A DNA stretch of 64,000 bases from Nitrosopumilus sp. Its GTDB lineage: Archaea; Thermoproteota; Nitrososphaeria; Nitrososphaerales; Nitrosopumilaceae. Numbering within the stretch: position 1 is the first letter of the stretch; every line of letters starts with the position of its first letter. Made by a program: the position numbers and the translations under genes. Of the stretch, positions 1 to 10,385 are shown in pieces. Under the pieces are notes generated by a model. The model ran no database searches. It had not been told where the DNA came from and was given only the letters and a program-made list of their open reading frames with translations. The stretch is from contig OZ245040.1 of the NCBI GenBank assembly GCA_965224195.1, positions 1,216,001-1,280,000 on the forward strand, in the 5' to 3' direction.

Positions 1-959
1 TCTTTTGCTGTAAAAGGAAGATATTGCATCCAAGATGATAATTCTTTTCTAGAGTTTACATCTCCATCCCAAGAAATTATATTGGTTCCTGCACCTCCAT
101 CAATGAAAATTTTTGCAACCAAACCCTCACCTGCACATTGTGAGGGGTTTTGATCAGTAGCAACAAAATCAGAAATACAATCTCCAGAAATTCCTTCAAC
201 AACATCAATTCTAGAAAATGAATTCCATTCTGTTTTAACAATATGTGAGCCTGGATTCTCTCTTAGAAATATAGGCATATCTTTTTGTGCAGTTGGATCA
301 GTGGGAATAGAAAAAACTTGAGTGACATCATTGATGTAGATTAATGATGATGCAAATACAATAAATGCAACTGATAAAAATATTTTCTTCTTATTTTTAG
401 ATGTGATGGAAAATATAGTTGCAGAAATTGCAGCTAGTAAACCGACAACAAGTGTAGTCCCTTCACCACCTATATTTTGTAAAAGAAAAACCACTAAGAT
501 GGCACCTAAAGAAGCACCTATCAAATCTGCAGCATATAATCGACCAGCAACATTTGCAAATGCACTAAATGCAGCAGAAATTATAATTCCTACAAAAAAG
601 AATGGAATTGCAAAAAGAAACATGTAAAGTGGTAGATAAACAACTTGTGAAGAAAGTGAATGCATCACATACAGTATCAGTGGAAGAATAACTACAATGC
701 CAATAGAAGATCCAATCGTGAGATCTCCTGCCCAGTTTTCTTTGATCTTTTTTAGTCTATAATGTACTAAAAGTCCTGAAGAACCTAGACCAACCAATGC
801 CACAGAAACTGCAACAAATGCAAAATGATACCAAATTGCAGCAGAAAATATTCTTGTAATTGCAATTTCTAGAACTAGACTTGATAATGATGCAAGAAAT
901 ATGCCAGAAAATAATATTCTACGATCAACTGATGATGGGACTATGCCTAGAAATGTCAA
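1..959 (-). CDS. Multi-pass membrane protein of the fused membrane/spermidine synthase-like family (partial, runs off window)
   Basis: Manual minus-strand translation from TTG at 959 is open to the window edge: LASLSSLVLEIAITRIFS..WYHFAFVAVSVALVGLG..RLYAADLIGASLG..WNSFSRIDVV. Confidence 0.75.
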   Translation of the reverse strand, partial: MTFLGIVPSSVDRRILFSGIFLASLSSLVLEIAITRIFSAAIWYHFAFVAVSVALVGLGSSGLLVHYRLKKIKENWAGDLTIGSSIGIVVILPLILYVMHSLSSQVVYLPLYMFLFAIPFFFVGIIISAAFSAFANVAGRLYAADLIGASLGAILVVFLLQNIGGEGTTLVVGLLAAISATIFSITSKNKKKIFLSVAFIVFASSLIYINDVTQVFSIPTDPTAQKDMPIFLRENPGSHIVKTEWNSFSRIDVVEGISGDCISDFVATDQNPSQCAGEGLVAKIFIDGGAGTNIISWDGDVNSRKELSSWMQYLPFTAK

Positions 960-1242
960 CTAAATTTTTGTAAATTTCTGCTTTTATTATTCTTTAAAGT
1001 TCCACATCTTCTGTGTTTCATACCTTTGGCGGCTCAAAAGTATGCTGATAATTATTATGTAAGAATGTCAAATCCCAATTCTTTGTTTTCTACTAAAACG
1101 GTTCAATTAGAAGTAGCTGCAAATTGCAGATGACCTGCTGTCTTCAACAGGAATTGAAGTTCAAATCTTCTACAATCCAGACCTTTGCTGGTTTATTATT
1201 CTGCCCTAGCAGTTAAATTCTATCAAAATCAGGCATAACTGT

Positions 1243-2067
1243 TTGAAGTTTCTCACAAGTGGTAAAGTAAAGGATCTTTACGATATTGATGAATCTAGTA
1301 TTTTATTCAAATTTTCAGATAGGGTATCTGCTTTTGATGTAAAGTTTAAACAAGATATTCCGCGAAAGGGGGAGATTCTTTGTAAATTTGCAGAGTTTTG
1401 GTTTAACGAGTTATCCGTACCAAATCATTTCATCAAACGAGAATCAGATACTGAAATTATTGTCAAAAAAATGAAAATGTTGCCAATAGAATGTGTAGTT
1501 CGAGGCTATTTTTATGGCAGTCTAGTTAGTAGATGGAAAAAAGGTGAGGCAACTGTTTCTGAAGACACTGATACTACTCTTGCTGCAAAACTTCCAGAAC
1601 CGATATTTGATCCTACAACAAAATCTGAACATGATATTTCAATAAACAAAGCAAAAGCACTAGAAATGAAACTAGTTTCTGAAGAACAATATGCGTGGTT
1701 AGAAAAAACTTCAATTGATATTTACAAAAAGATGGCAAAAATTGCAGATGATGTTGGTTTTATCCTGGCTGATTTAAAATTAGAATTTGGATTATTGGGT
1801 GGTGAAATTACATTGGGTGATTCTATTGGCCCTGATGAATATCGTTTATGGCCTAAAGACTCCTTTGAAGTTGGAAAAATACAAGAGGCATATGATAAAC
1901 AACTCTTACGAGATTGGTTGACTGTAAATGGATATCAAAAACAGTTTGATGATCAGCGTGATGCGGGAAAAGAACCTGTTGCTCCGGAAATACCTGCAGA
2001 GATTATTTCCAAAATGACTAAACGTTATGTTACTGCATATGAGAAATTAACTGGTAATTCATTGTAG
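1243..2067 (+). CDS. purC: SAICAR synthase
   Basis: SGKVKDLY, SDRVSAFD, IECVVRGY, DLKLEFG, DSIGPDEYRLW, YDKQ motifs. Confidence 0.97.
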   Translation: MKFLTSGKVKDLYDIDESSILFKFSDRVSAFDVKFKQDIPRKGEILCKFAEFWFNELSVPNHFIKRESDTEIIVKKMKMLPIECVVRGYFYGSLVSRWKKGEATVSEDTDTTLAAKLPEPIFDPTTKSEHDISINKAKALEMKLVSEEQYAWLEKTSIDIYKKMAKIADDVGFILADLKLEFGLLGGEITLGDSIGPDEYRLWPKDSFEVGKIQEAYDKQLLRDWLTVNGYQKQFDDQRDAGKEPVAPEIPAEIISKMTKRYVTAYEKLTGNSL

Positions 2068-2412
2068 AGACATTGTCAATGTAGTGTTGACTAGAATCTA
2101 ACACTCAACTCGAATATTATTTTCGACATCTTGTGACATATCGTCCTGTAAGGTAATTTGACAACATCTTTTCCAAGATCTGCTTTTTTGATATTTTTTG
2201 AAATTTTTAAAACCGTTACAATAATTATTCATCCTATACTATATTCATTGTAGTGCTATTGATAATATCGAATACATTACAATATACTTTGTACTGGTAT
2301 CAATGAACCTGATAGCAATCCAAGATTCATTAAAGTAAACAAAAATTGATGCGATTAGACAAAAAAATATGATACACGGATCTTTTAGATCGGTTTTGAA
2401 AGGTAATTCTAT

Positions 2413-2913
2413 ATGTCTACGTTACTAGAAAAGCAAATCAAAATTAATCGTACTGTTACGACAAGTATTGGACACGCACGTGCAATTGAAGACCCTGCAC
2501 GTGCAAAAATTGTTGAAATTCTATACCGTCAAGCATTATCCGCTGATCAGATTTGTACTGCTCTAAAAAAGACGGGATACAAAAAAGCACTAACTACTGT
2601 CCGCCATCATTTAGAAATCCTAAAAACATCTGGACTAATTGAAATTGCAAGAATTGAAGAATCTCGTGGAGCTATCACAAAATTCTACAGCACATCTACA
2701 AAACTGTTGGATTTTCAGACTCCTGAAGATTTTGATTCAACATATTCTAAAATCATCATTAACACCTCGACGAAAATTGAAAAAATTCTCAAAGGATTAA
2801 CACCAAAAACTAAATCAAAAGGTAAAAAATCTGAAGAATATTCTCAATACCTTGTCATGGAGATAATGAATAGGGCGATGACCAATGTTCTTGAAAAATC
2901 TAACACAAAATAA
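2413..2913 (+). CDS. ArsR-like winged-helix transcriptional regulator
   Basis: DPARAKIVEIL..TVRHHLEILKTSGLIE..KFY pattern. Confidence 0.85.
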   Translation: MSTLLEKQIKINRTVTTSIGHARAIEDPARAKIVEILYRQALSADQICTALKKTGYKKALTTVRHHLEILKTSGLIEIARIEESRGAITKFYSTSTKLLDFQTPEDFDSTYSKIIINTSTKIEKILKGLTPKTKSKGKKSEEYSQYLVMEIMNRAMTNVLEKSNTK

Positions 2914-3062
2914 CCAAATGAATTTGAAATGATTAATCATCTTAAACCGATCAACTCAAATTTTGTACTTGGACCAAAAATATGCAAAAAATACCCTCAA
3001 AATGCAATTGTAATGGGCAGTGTTAAAAAAATATCTGCAACAATAAGGAAAAGTGAAAACTG

Positions 3063-3467
3063 ATGGATGAAAAAGTTGTAAAACTATTTTCAGAAAAAAA
3101 CCTTGTCTTTATTGCAACAGTAATGAAAGATGGCTCGCCACAAGTTTCACCTGTATGGGCAAATTATGAGGGTGGATATGTTTTGGTAAACACTGCAGAG
3201 GGTCGAATAAAACACAAAAATGTTTTACGTGATCCTAGAGTTGCAGTATCTGTAGTTTCTAAAGACAACCCCCTTGACATGACAGCAATTCGTGGAACTG
3301 TTGATGAATTAATTCCAGATTATGAATACAAACATGCAGACAAACTAACTTTGCAATACATGGACCGTGATCATTATCCGTTCAAACGAGATGATGAAAA
3401 AAGAGTTATACTAAAAATAAAACCAAACAAAGTATTTGTTTTGCCCGAATTAAAGATGAGTGATTAG
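3063..3467 (+). CDS. PPOX-class (F420-dependent/pyridoxamine 5'-phosphate oxidase family) protein
   Basis: ATVMKDGSPQVSPVW, KNVLRDPRVAVSV. Confidence 0.9.
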   Translation: MDEKVVKLFSEKNLVFIATVMKDGSPQVSPVWANYEGGYVLVNTAEGRIKHKNVLRDPRVAVSVVSKDNPLDMTAIRGTVDELIPDYEYKHADKLTLQYMDRDHYPFKRDDEKRVILKIKPNKVFVLPELKMSD

Positions 3468-3483
3468 CAGTAGTAAATTTAGA

Positions 3484-3511
3484 ATGTTTCTAAATTCGAA
3501 TTTAGAAACAT
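3484..3511. repeat. Perfect 28-bp palindrome ATGTTTCTAAATTCGAATTTAGAAACAT (copy 1 of 3)
   Basis: Read directly; near-identical copies at 9697 and 10336. Confidence 0.9.
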
Positions 3512-3555
3512 AATACATTCAGTAGGGTGAATTTAAAAAAGATAGCATAGACAGC

Positions 3556-3957
3556 TTAACGTCGACGTTTAGCTGCCTTTCTCTTTGGAGCGGCTTTGCG
3601 TTTAGAAGCAGCTTTGCGTTTTGGTGCTACTTTTCTTTTTGCTGCCTTTCTCTTTGGAGCTGCTTTTTTCTTTGTTGCAGTTTTTTTCTTTGGAGTGACT
3701 TTTCTTTTTGCTGCCTTTCTCTTTGGAGCTGCTTTTCGTTTAGCTGCAGCTATACGTTTTGGAGTGACTTTTCTTTTTGCTGCCTTTCTCTTTGGAGCTG
3801 CTCTTTTACCTGCATTCTTCCTTCGAGTTGCTGCTGCCTTTCTCTTACGTGATGCTGCTGCTTTTAGTGCTTCTGCTGCTACTTTACCTGCATTCCTCTT
3901 TCGAGTTCTTGCTGCTTTTTTAGCTGCTTCAGCTCTTTTGGCTTTAGATACTGCCAT
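3556..3957 (-). CDS. Histone H1-like Lys/Arg/Ala-rich basic protein
   Basis: Repeated KRKAAPKRKAAKRKV(T/A)PK units, almost no acidic residues. Confidence 0.8.
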   Translation of the reverse strand: MAVSKAKRAEAAKKAARTRKRNAGKVAAEALKAAASRKRKAAATRRKNAGKRAAPKRKAAKRKVTPKRIAAAKRKAAPKRKAAKRKVTPKKKTATKKKAAPKRKAAKRKVAPKRKAASKRKAAPKRKAAKRRR

Positions 3958-4059
3958 AATATTTTGCGAAAATCATCGGTGTTATATGGTAAAAGTCACA
4001 CATTACTACGCAGTATATAGAAAAATTTGACACTTTTTTTGATTTTTTAAAATTAACGA

Positions 4060-4545
4060 TCAGCAATTTGTAAGACAAACAACAGCTGTATCAACAGTTG
4101 ATTGATCTTTTTGTGGTCGAATAATTATTTTGTATTGTTTTTCTTCATCAAATGGAACATCAAATTGTGTTGTTCTCTGAATTGGGTTATTTGGGTCAAG
4201 TCCTTCCAAAAACAAATCATTTACTGAAAATTCTCCAAAAAATGCTTTATGTTTTTGAGTTTTGTCATCTACAAAGTAAAACTGCCCTCCTGAAATCACA
4301 GTTTTTTCATCACTGATGTTTTTTGCAGTAATTCCAATCATAACAAACGTGTTTTCAGGTGTATTTTCTTTGTCTCCGTTATGGGTTCCTTCAAATGTAA
4401 TGATGTATTCTACTGGTCCTACTTTTACTGTATTTCCAACACTTGATTCGATGAAATTTGTCTCATATTGAATATACATGAACATTGCAAATCCCATTGA
4501 AGCTATAATTGCGCCAATTACAATTACTATTCCAATTCCGCCCAT
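4060..4545 (-). CDS. Membrane-anchored DUF4352-like protein
   Basis: N-terminal TM helix; FVMIGITAKN, FYFVDDK, FDVP Ig-like pattern. Confidence 0.7.
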   Translation of the reverse strand: MGGIGIVIVIGAIIASMGFAMFMYIQYETNFIESSVGNTVKVGPVEYIITFEGTHNGDKENTPENTFVMIGITAKNISDEKTVISGGQFYFVDDKTQKHKAFFGEFSVNDLFLEGLDPNNPIQRTTQFDVPFDEEKQYKIIIRPQKDQSTVDTAVVCLTNC

Positions 4546-4598
4546 TATCCATCTTGGATTATTTTTGGTATATAGTTGAAACGTAATCCGATTCTTCT

Positions 4599-4696
4599 CT
4601 AACGATTAATTGTAGTTAGTGCTACTGCTACCAGGAGATGAGGTTTCATGATATTATATTATGATATACTTTGATATATCTGATCTTAGATCGCAA
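4599..4696 (-). pseudogene. 5' remnant (upstream motif plus MKPHLLVAVA start) of a paralog of the 48698..50866 protease gene
   Basis: DNA and protein similarity to 50838..50911. Confidence 0.7.
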
Positions 4697-4859
4697 AAGA
4701 TTTACCATATTATTAGGTTCTGGTAAATTTTGTTGATCAGATCACTAGGATCTACCAGAATCATGAGATGACTTCAACAGCAAGTAATCCTGATAAAGTA
4801 AACTCTTGTTATAGAGTTAGCCAAGTTCTTGGATATAAAATTAGAAAATCCAAACAATA

Positions 4860-5096
4860 ATGTTACTGGGGCCTGGTGGTGATTTTCAATCTTATTTCAC
4901 TATGATAGGAAAGTTGCTAGTAATTAAAAATCAAACTACACTTGCAGAATTTGATAATTTGCGTGTCAGAGTTCCAACAAAAGAAGACGGTGTGCCTTTT
5001 GTTGTATTGGGTAGAGATTCAATATTTTTCAAATACGATATTATGTTTCAAGAATCTTTATCTCAAATAAGATTAGTTGGGAAGAAATCAAAATGA
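4860..5096 (+). pseudogene. Probable C-terminal half of a retropepsin-like aspartyl protease family protein
   Basis: VVLGRDSIFFKYDIMF resembles the family C-terminal motif; no catalytic D(T/S)G in the ORF. Confidence 0.35.
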
Positions 5097-5166
5097 CAGA
5101 ATTGGAAATAACATATCTGAACTAGAAAAGATGCAAGCTCACGACAGTTAACACGAAGAAGATTTC

Positions 5167-6510
5167 ATGACAGTTCATGATAACTTAACAGAATCGTATA
5201 TAGAGACAGTTTATAAGTTTGATAACCCTCAGGCAGTCATAATCATGCGTAAATCTGAGATAGAAAACGTATTGAATATGATAAGAGCTCTGGAGAGACT
5301 GGAGATGGGCGATTTGTCAAGACTTGTACGTATAAATAACAGGATTCTTAATATGGATATTCGTCAAGATGACATATGTTATGTGCGTAATGCGTTTAGT
5401 AATATACATGACTGGAAAAAGAAAACCGCGTCTGTACAGATAAAACAGTCGAATAGGTTGTGGTATTTACTTCCAATATTTTTATCTCTTGTTGGCGGAA
5501 TTATCTCTTATGTATGTTTGCGTAAGAAAGATCCCATATGTGCATGTAATACCTTGATGTTGGGATTCATACTGTTTGGTATATTCGTGACAATCATAGT
5601 AGCTGCATATGTTACATCTGATAGTGTTGTACAGAATATTGGCCCTGATGCAAATAGGTCTTACAATGATTACATGATAACACAGACAGAGCCTGATCCA
5701 TCTGTAAATAAAATTAGTAATGATGTGTTGGACAAGGATACCATCAGTGGCACAAACTCGCTTATTTTGGAGGCGGATATGAATGTAGACAACCCAATAG
5801 AATCTATTGACAATGTATCGAATACAGAAACAATCCCGAGACAATATAAACTGCATACTATATCATATGCTGAGATTCCTGATTATGCAGACTCGGACGC
5901 AGTACTATCTGCTAGAGAATATGCTATACATTCATGGGAATCATCTAATTCATTCCTTGATTTTGAAATAGTCGAATCAGATGCAGATTTGAATATCGAA
6001 TGGGAAAAATGGATGCTTGGAGCCCATACTGTCTTTGATACAACATCTGGCGGTGATATGTATAACCGTATTGCAATCAGATTGGGCAATGATGATTGTC
6101 ATTCAGTTTATCAACCATACAGCACTGAATCGTTAAGACATACTATTGCTCATGAATTGGGGCATTATCTGGAGCTCAGGCATATAGACAACAGAGATCA
6201 TCTTATGCATTCTGAGGATTTTTTCAACACTGACTCTGCATCCATATATGATAACAAAGGTTATGTGGTGCCGAAGATCACAAACCCTGAAATCCTGACT
6301 CAGAATGGCAAAAATATCTTGTTACAGATTGAATCAACCGAAGAGATTTTGAACAAAATAGCAGTTGAAAGAAATCAAATTAAGGGGAATGTAGATCCTG
6401 ATCAAGAAGCATTGCTCTCTAATGCCGTAAGATATAACGAGATTGTACATAAATTAAATAATCTATACAAGGATCTCAAATGCTCTGAGATTGCAGATCT
6501 CTACAAATAA
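5167..6510 (+). CDS. Membrane-anchored metzincin (matrixin-like) zinc metalloprotease
   Basis: AHELGHYLELRH zinc motif and HLMHS Met-turn; TM hairpin at about aa 97-150. Confidence 0.8.
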   Translation: MTVHDNLTESYIETVYKFDNPQAVIIMRKSEIENVLNMIRALERLEMGDLSRLVRINNRILNMDIRQDDICYVRNAFSNIHDWKKKTASVQIKQSNRLWYLLPIFLSLVGGIISYVCLRKKDPICACNTLMLGFILFGIFVTIIVAAYVTSDSVVQNIGPDANRSYNDYMITQTEPDPSVNKISNDVLDKDTISGTNSLILEADMNVDNPIESIDNVSNTETIPRQYKLHTISYAEIPDYADSDAVLSAREYAIHSWESSNSFLDFEIVESDADLNIEWEKWMLGAHTVFDTTSGGDMYNRIAIRLGNDDCHSVYQPYSTESLRHTIAHELGHYLELRHIDNRDHLMHSEDFFNTDSASIYDNKGYVVPKITNPEILTQNGKNILLQIESTEEILNKIAVERNQIKGNVDPDQEALLSNAVRYNEIVHKLNNLYKDLKCSEIADLYK

Positions 6511-6535
6511 ATAATCTCAATATGTTTTATTTAAC

Positions 6536-7489
6536 TTGGATTCAAATATTATCAAATACATTGACGAACTAATCAAACTTGGCAAGGGAGATGCAAAAAG
6601 ATTAGATCATATAAAAAGCATGGTTCAAAATAGCAGATCCTTGTACAATTCTGATGTATTGTATGTTGAGAATTTGAGAAAAACATATCTTGTCATAGAT
6701 CCAAAACCACAATCCGAGATTAGCTCTGATGATATACAAACTGACCAGAACTCAATTACAACAAAAAAAGACAAGACAACCGAATATAAAACCTCATTAA
6801 AAGACGATGAATCTGCAGAAAAACAAGAATCAACTTACTCTGATGCCTCTTCTGAGACAGACAATCAAAATATAGTCATAGTCAACTATCCACGTCAGTC
6901 AAGTGCTGCATGGTATCTTTTGCCAATCTTTTTCTCAATACTGGGAGGTGTAATTTCCTATCTATGCCTCAGAAAACAGGATCCTTTGCGTGCGCGTAAA
7001 ACACTCATACTGGGTTCAGTGCTTTTTACAATACCGGTTATACTCTTACTTGTTCTACTTGCATTCACATTAGAAGAAACTACCGTATTTACTACGAATA
7101 TGTCTGTTGATGAGATAAAACAAAGTGCTCTTACAGTACCTTATCAGAACCTTATGGAAGAAAGTGACATGTATGTTGGTGAAATAATCCAGTATGAAGG
7201 AAAAGTGGCTCAGGTAGTGAATAATTTCAACTCGTACGTAGTAAGAGTGAATGTTAGCAATGAACTCTTTGGAAATGATGCTATTTGGTCCAATTTCAAT
7301 TCTAGTATTGATGAGGATGTGGAATGGATGAAGCAACTTGAGAAAACACATGATCCTTTCACCCAAGATCCTCCCATGGTTCAAGTCTGGGGACTCTCAA
7401 AAGGACTTAAAGATTATGAAGGTATATTTGGAACAACTATTACCGTGCCAGAAGTGGATGTTTATATACTAGAAAGACAAAAACCATAA
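6536..7489 (+). CDS. Membrane protein, N-terminal and TM modules paralogous to 5167..6510, possible OB-fold-like C-terminus
   Basis: GDAKRLDHI and WYLLPIFFSILGGVISYLCLRKQDP motifs. Confidence 0.7.
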   Translation: MDSNIIKYIDELIKLGKGDAKRLDHIKSMVQNSRSLYNSDVLYVENLRKTYLVIDPKPQSEISSDDIQTDQNSITTKKDKTTEYKTSLKDDESAEKQESTYSDASSETDNQNIVIVNYPRQSSAAWYLLPIFFSILGGVISYLCLRKQDPLRARKTLILGSVLFTIPVILLLVLLAFTLEETTVFTTNMSVDEIKQSALTVPYQNLMEESDMYVGEIIQYEGKVAQVVNNFNSYVVRVNVSNELFGNDAIWSNFNSSIDEDVEWMKQLEKTHDPFTQDPPMVQVWGLSKGLKDYEGIFGTTITVPEVDVYILERQKP

Positions 7490-8001
7490 ACCGTTAGATT
7501 TTTTTATATTTTTGCTTAAAATTAAAGGGGTTTAGCATTTACGCACAACATCAAAAGATCATACATGTTTAGCTGGGAGAGCTTGGTGGAATTAGGGTTG
7601 CATATTGTATTTGGGCACAAGTGTTGCACCCCCCCTCCAAATACCTGATTTTGAAAAAATGAGTTTGTGCCTTGATGACTGTCACTGGGAGGGGGGTTTA
7701 GCTTTTAGGAATGAAATGCATTTAGTTTTATTTTTGTACCATTTTACGTCTAAAAAATCAAAAAAAGTTTCCTTTTTAAAATACCTGACATGTTCCTTTG
7801 ATTGACACTTTGTATCTTTTGGGTATCAAACGCACTTGTAACATTAATTTGTAGTAATGCCCTTTTGTGCCTAACTTGTTTTCATCTTTGGCCTGATCTT
7901 GTCTAAAAGGGTATAAGATGTCTGTTCGGGTTCATGTCTTTCTACACCAGTTCCATGATTCCATTGTAGTAGTCTTGTTGTAAACTTGCATCTCCATTCA
8001 A

Positions 8002-8991
8002 CTAATCCATCCTTCTGCTTTCCACTGCCTTGTTTGCACTCCTGCTATCAATCTTGTTTGATGAATTCAAGGCATGCCTTGCACATTCTAGTATAACGTC
8101 AAAGTTCTCTGGAACAATTTGTATCCTTTTTTCATGTTTGAAGAACCATCTTTTCACGTCTTTAACCCTTTCATCATCGATGTTAAACTGGTCAGGATCA
8201 CATCTGAATGCAAATCTTGCCGTCTTTTTGCTCAATATGACAAACGCAATCTTAGTCTGGTCATATCCTGCACCTGTCGTGAATTTGTACCATCTGTTTT
8301 GTGCCGAACCCACAACCTTCATCTCTTTTTCTATCCTTTCAATAAGATCTATCACGGCCTTTCTGTTTGCATCTTCTATGATGGCAAGTTTGCCTTCCCA
8401 CATGTTTGCTGCGTCGTCTCCGTCATCTGTGTATTCGTCTACATTTCCAACAACAATATCTGTACCTATCAACTGCTTGCCGTCTTTTTCATAAAACTTT
8501 ATCTCTGTACAAATTATTCTAAGCCCTCTCATGTTAAGATATCTACACATCTCTGCCGTTTTATCATCTATTCTTTCTGCAATTATGTACAAAATTTGTT
8601 CCTGGTTGAAATCTGGGACCATGCCAAATCTATCCTCAAATTTTTTATAAAGATCAACTGTGTTGCTATTTTGGTGTTTCTTTGTAATACTGTTTAGTTC
8701 GTTATAGTTTATCGACTCTACCCAACATGCGTATTCAATAATCTGTGATACAATGCTACGCGGTGTGATGTTTCTCTTTATCTCTATTATGACTATGCTT
8801 CCATTCTTGTCTATTCCCATTATGTCTATTATTCCGTTATTTCCTGTCGGAACTTGGCGTCCTATTATCATGATGTCGATTCCCAGCACTTTTGGATGTT
8901 TTTCTAAAAAATCCTCAATTGTCTTTTCCTTGTTTGTCATATTTTGTGTATATTCTACGACACTTTGATCTTGAACTGCATAGATTCCCAT
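8002..8991 (-). CDS. NucS/DUF91-like PD-(D/E)xK endonuclease domain protein
   Basis: IGRQVPT..IDIMGIDKNGSIVIIEIKR..VSQIIEYA. Confidence 0.8.
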   Translation of the reverse strand: MGIYAVQDQSVVEYTQNMTNKEKTIEDFLEKHPKVLGIDIMIIGRQVPTGNNGIIDIMGIDKNGSIVIIEIKRNITPRSIVSQIIEYACWVESINYNELNSITKKHQNSNTVDLYKKFEDRFGMVPDFNQEQILYIIAERIDDKTAEMCRYLNMRGLRIICTEIKFYEKDGKQLIGTDIVVGNVDEYTDDGDDAANMWEGKLAIIEDANRKAVIDLIERIEKEMKVVGSAQNRWYKFTTGAGYDQTKIAFVILSKKTARFAFRCDPDQFNIDDERVKDVKRWFFKHEKRIQIVPENFDVILECARHALNSSNKIDSRSANKAVESRRMD

Positions 8992-9182
8992 ACCCGCTAA
9001 ACCCTGATGTCCTATTTTATAAATTTACATCTTGGAACAACTTGTTGTGTTTTTTGTAAATAGCATCTTGCTCCAATATGTGTTTCTGTCAGCTCTTGCT
9101 TTTGACGTATTTTTTTTCATATTTTAGAATAGTGTATTTTTGATATGGGGTCTAGGCATAAAACTGATAAATCGCCTATCTT

Positions 9183-9632
9183 CTAGAATGTTTTCAATAA
9201 AAATCTAGAAACTTTATCATATTTTTCAGAAACACTGTCTACTGCTTCAAGCATTGTCTGCTGATTGATGTTTTCCTTATCATCCATTACCACATAAACT
9301 CCAACTTTTTGTTTCCCGTCTTCTGTAATGATTTTGTTAATTACTTGTACAGAATAGCAAAAATCTGCCACTTTCTTCTCAAATCTTCCTTTCTCTTCTG
9401 CATTAAATCCAAGATATCTTGCAATTTGGCTATTTTTCATTATTACTTTGGTGCCAATTACTAGAATTCCTGGTTGTCCTTTTGGTTCAAACACATCAAC
9501 AGGAATTCCAGATTGTCCTGCATGTTTTAGAAGCATTTGAAAATTATTTTCAGGATTTTTTACTTCATCAAAAGAAAGCCCTTCATGAATAATCCATCTC
9601 TCCACATTGTCCCTCATTCTAGATGCACTCAT
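9183..9632 (-). CDS. Conserved archaeal protein (DUF2299-like)
   Basis: 149-aa ORF; resemblance to family from memory. Confidence 0.6.
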   Translation of the reverse strand: MSASRMRDNVERWIIHEGLSFDEVKNPENNFQMLLKHAGQSGIPVDVFEPKGQPGILVIGTKVIMKNSQIARYLGFNAEEKGRFEKKVADFCYSVQVINKIITEDGKQKVGVYVVMDDKENINQQTMLEAVDSVSEKYDKVSRFLLKTF

Positions 9633-9696
9633 AGAATATCTTTGAAATTAGTTCTATATGATTCTAAATCTAAATGATTGACATGCTAAATTTAAT

Positions 9697-9724
9697 ATGT
9701 TTCTAAATTCGAGTTTAGAAATAA
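9697..9724. repeat. 28-bp palindrome copy 2
   Basis: atgtttctaaattcgagtttagaaataa. Confidence 0.85.
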
Positions 9725-9759
9725 TGATTTTCTTTACCTAGAAAGCAAGAAATTATTTA

Positions 9760-9987
9760 CTAGACATTAACATTAAAGCCTGAATTAAAGCCTGGAACTA
9801 TTCCTGCTATCAAAATATTTAGAATTATTCCAATTATCATAAATATAATTCCAATGTACAAACAGTTTTTTGCTTTGCATGGATCATCTTGCCGTAAAAT
9901 AAAAAATGCAATTATTCCACCAATCAATCCAAAAAATGTTGGCAACAAAAACCATGCATTACTTCTAGTTTTTTCTGGATGTGACAT
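9760..9987 (-). CDS. Small membrane protein (stand-alone WxLLP..GG..LRxxDP module)
   Basis: SNAWFLLPTFFGLIGGIIAFFILRQDDP. Confidence 0.75.
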   Translation of the reverse strand: MSHPEKTRSNAWFLLPTFFGLIGGIIAFFILRQDDPCKAKNCLYIGIIFMIIGIILNILIAGIVPGFNSGFNVNV

Positions 9988-9998
9988 ATCGTTTACTC

Positions 9999-10247
9999 TT
10001 ATCTTGCAATTATGGCTTTTTTCTGTAACTGTGTAATTTCAATTTCTACTGTTTCTAAAGGTTCATTAACCTGATTACGTTTAATTGAGAACATTTTTGG
10101 TTTTTCAAAGTCTTCAGTACAATCTGGACATGCGTATACTAGTACTCTATGTTCATTGGGTGCTTTTGGATTTGACAATCTTGGATAATATACCAGTCTT
10201 GCTCCACAATCAACACAATATCTGTTGGCCCTTCTAGTTCTGACCAA
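9999..10247 (-). CDS. Small zinc-ribbon protein
   Basis: CVDC and CPDC pairs. Confidence 0.7.
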   Translation of the reverse strand: MVRTRRANRYCVDCGARLVYYPRLSNPKAPNEHRVLVYACPDCTEDFEKPKMFSIKRNQVNEPLETVEIEITQLQKKAIIAR

Positions 10248-10335
10248 TGTAAACCTCCTGCATCATTCTAAATATGCGATTATCTATTAGATCTATGTTG
10301 TCTAATTGTGTAAACCAATTGCTAACAACCGATCA

Positions 10336-10363
10336 ATGTTTCTAAATTCGAATTTAGCAATAC
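10336..10363. repeat. 28-bp palindrome copy 3
   Basis: atgtttctaaattcgaatttagcaatac. Confidence 0.85.
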
Positions 10364-10385
10364 CTATTTCTTTGAGCGTGAGGTA

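Noticed and set aside
3596-4030. Hydrophobic 144-aa plus-strand ORF
   Set aside because: Antisense shadow of the K/A-rich repeat gene.
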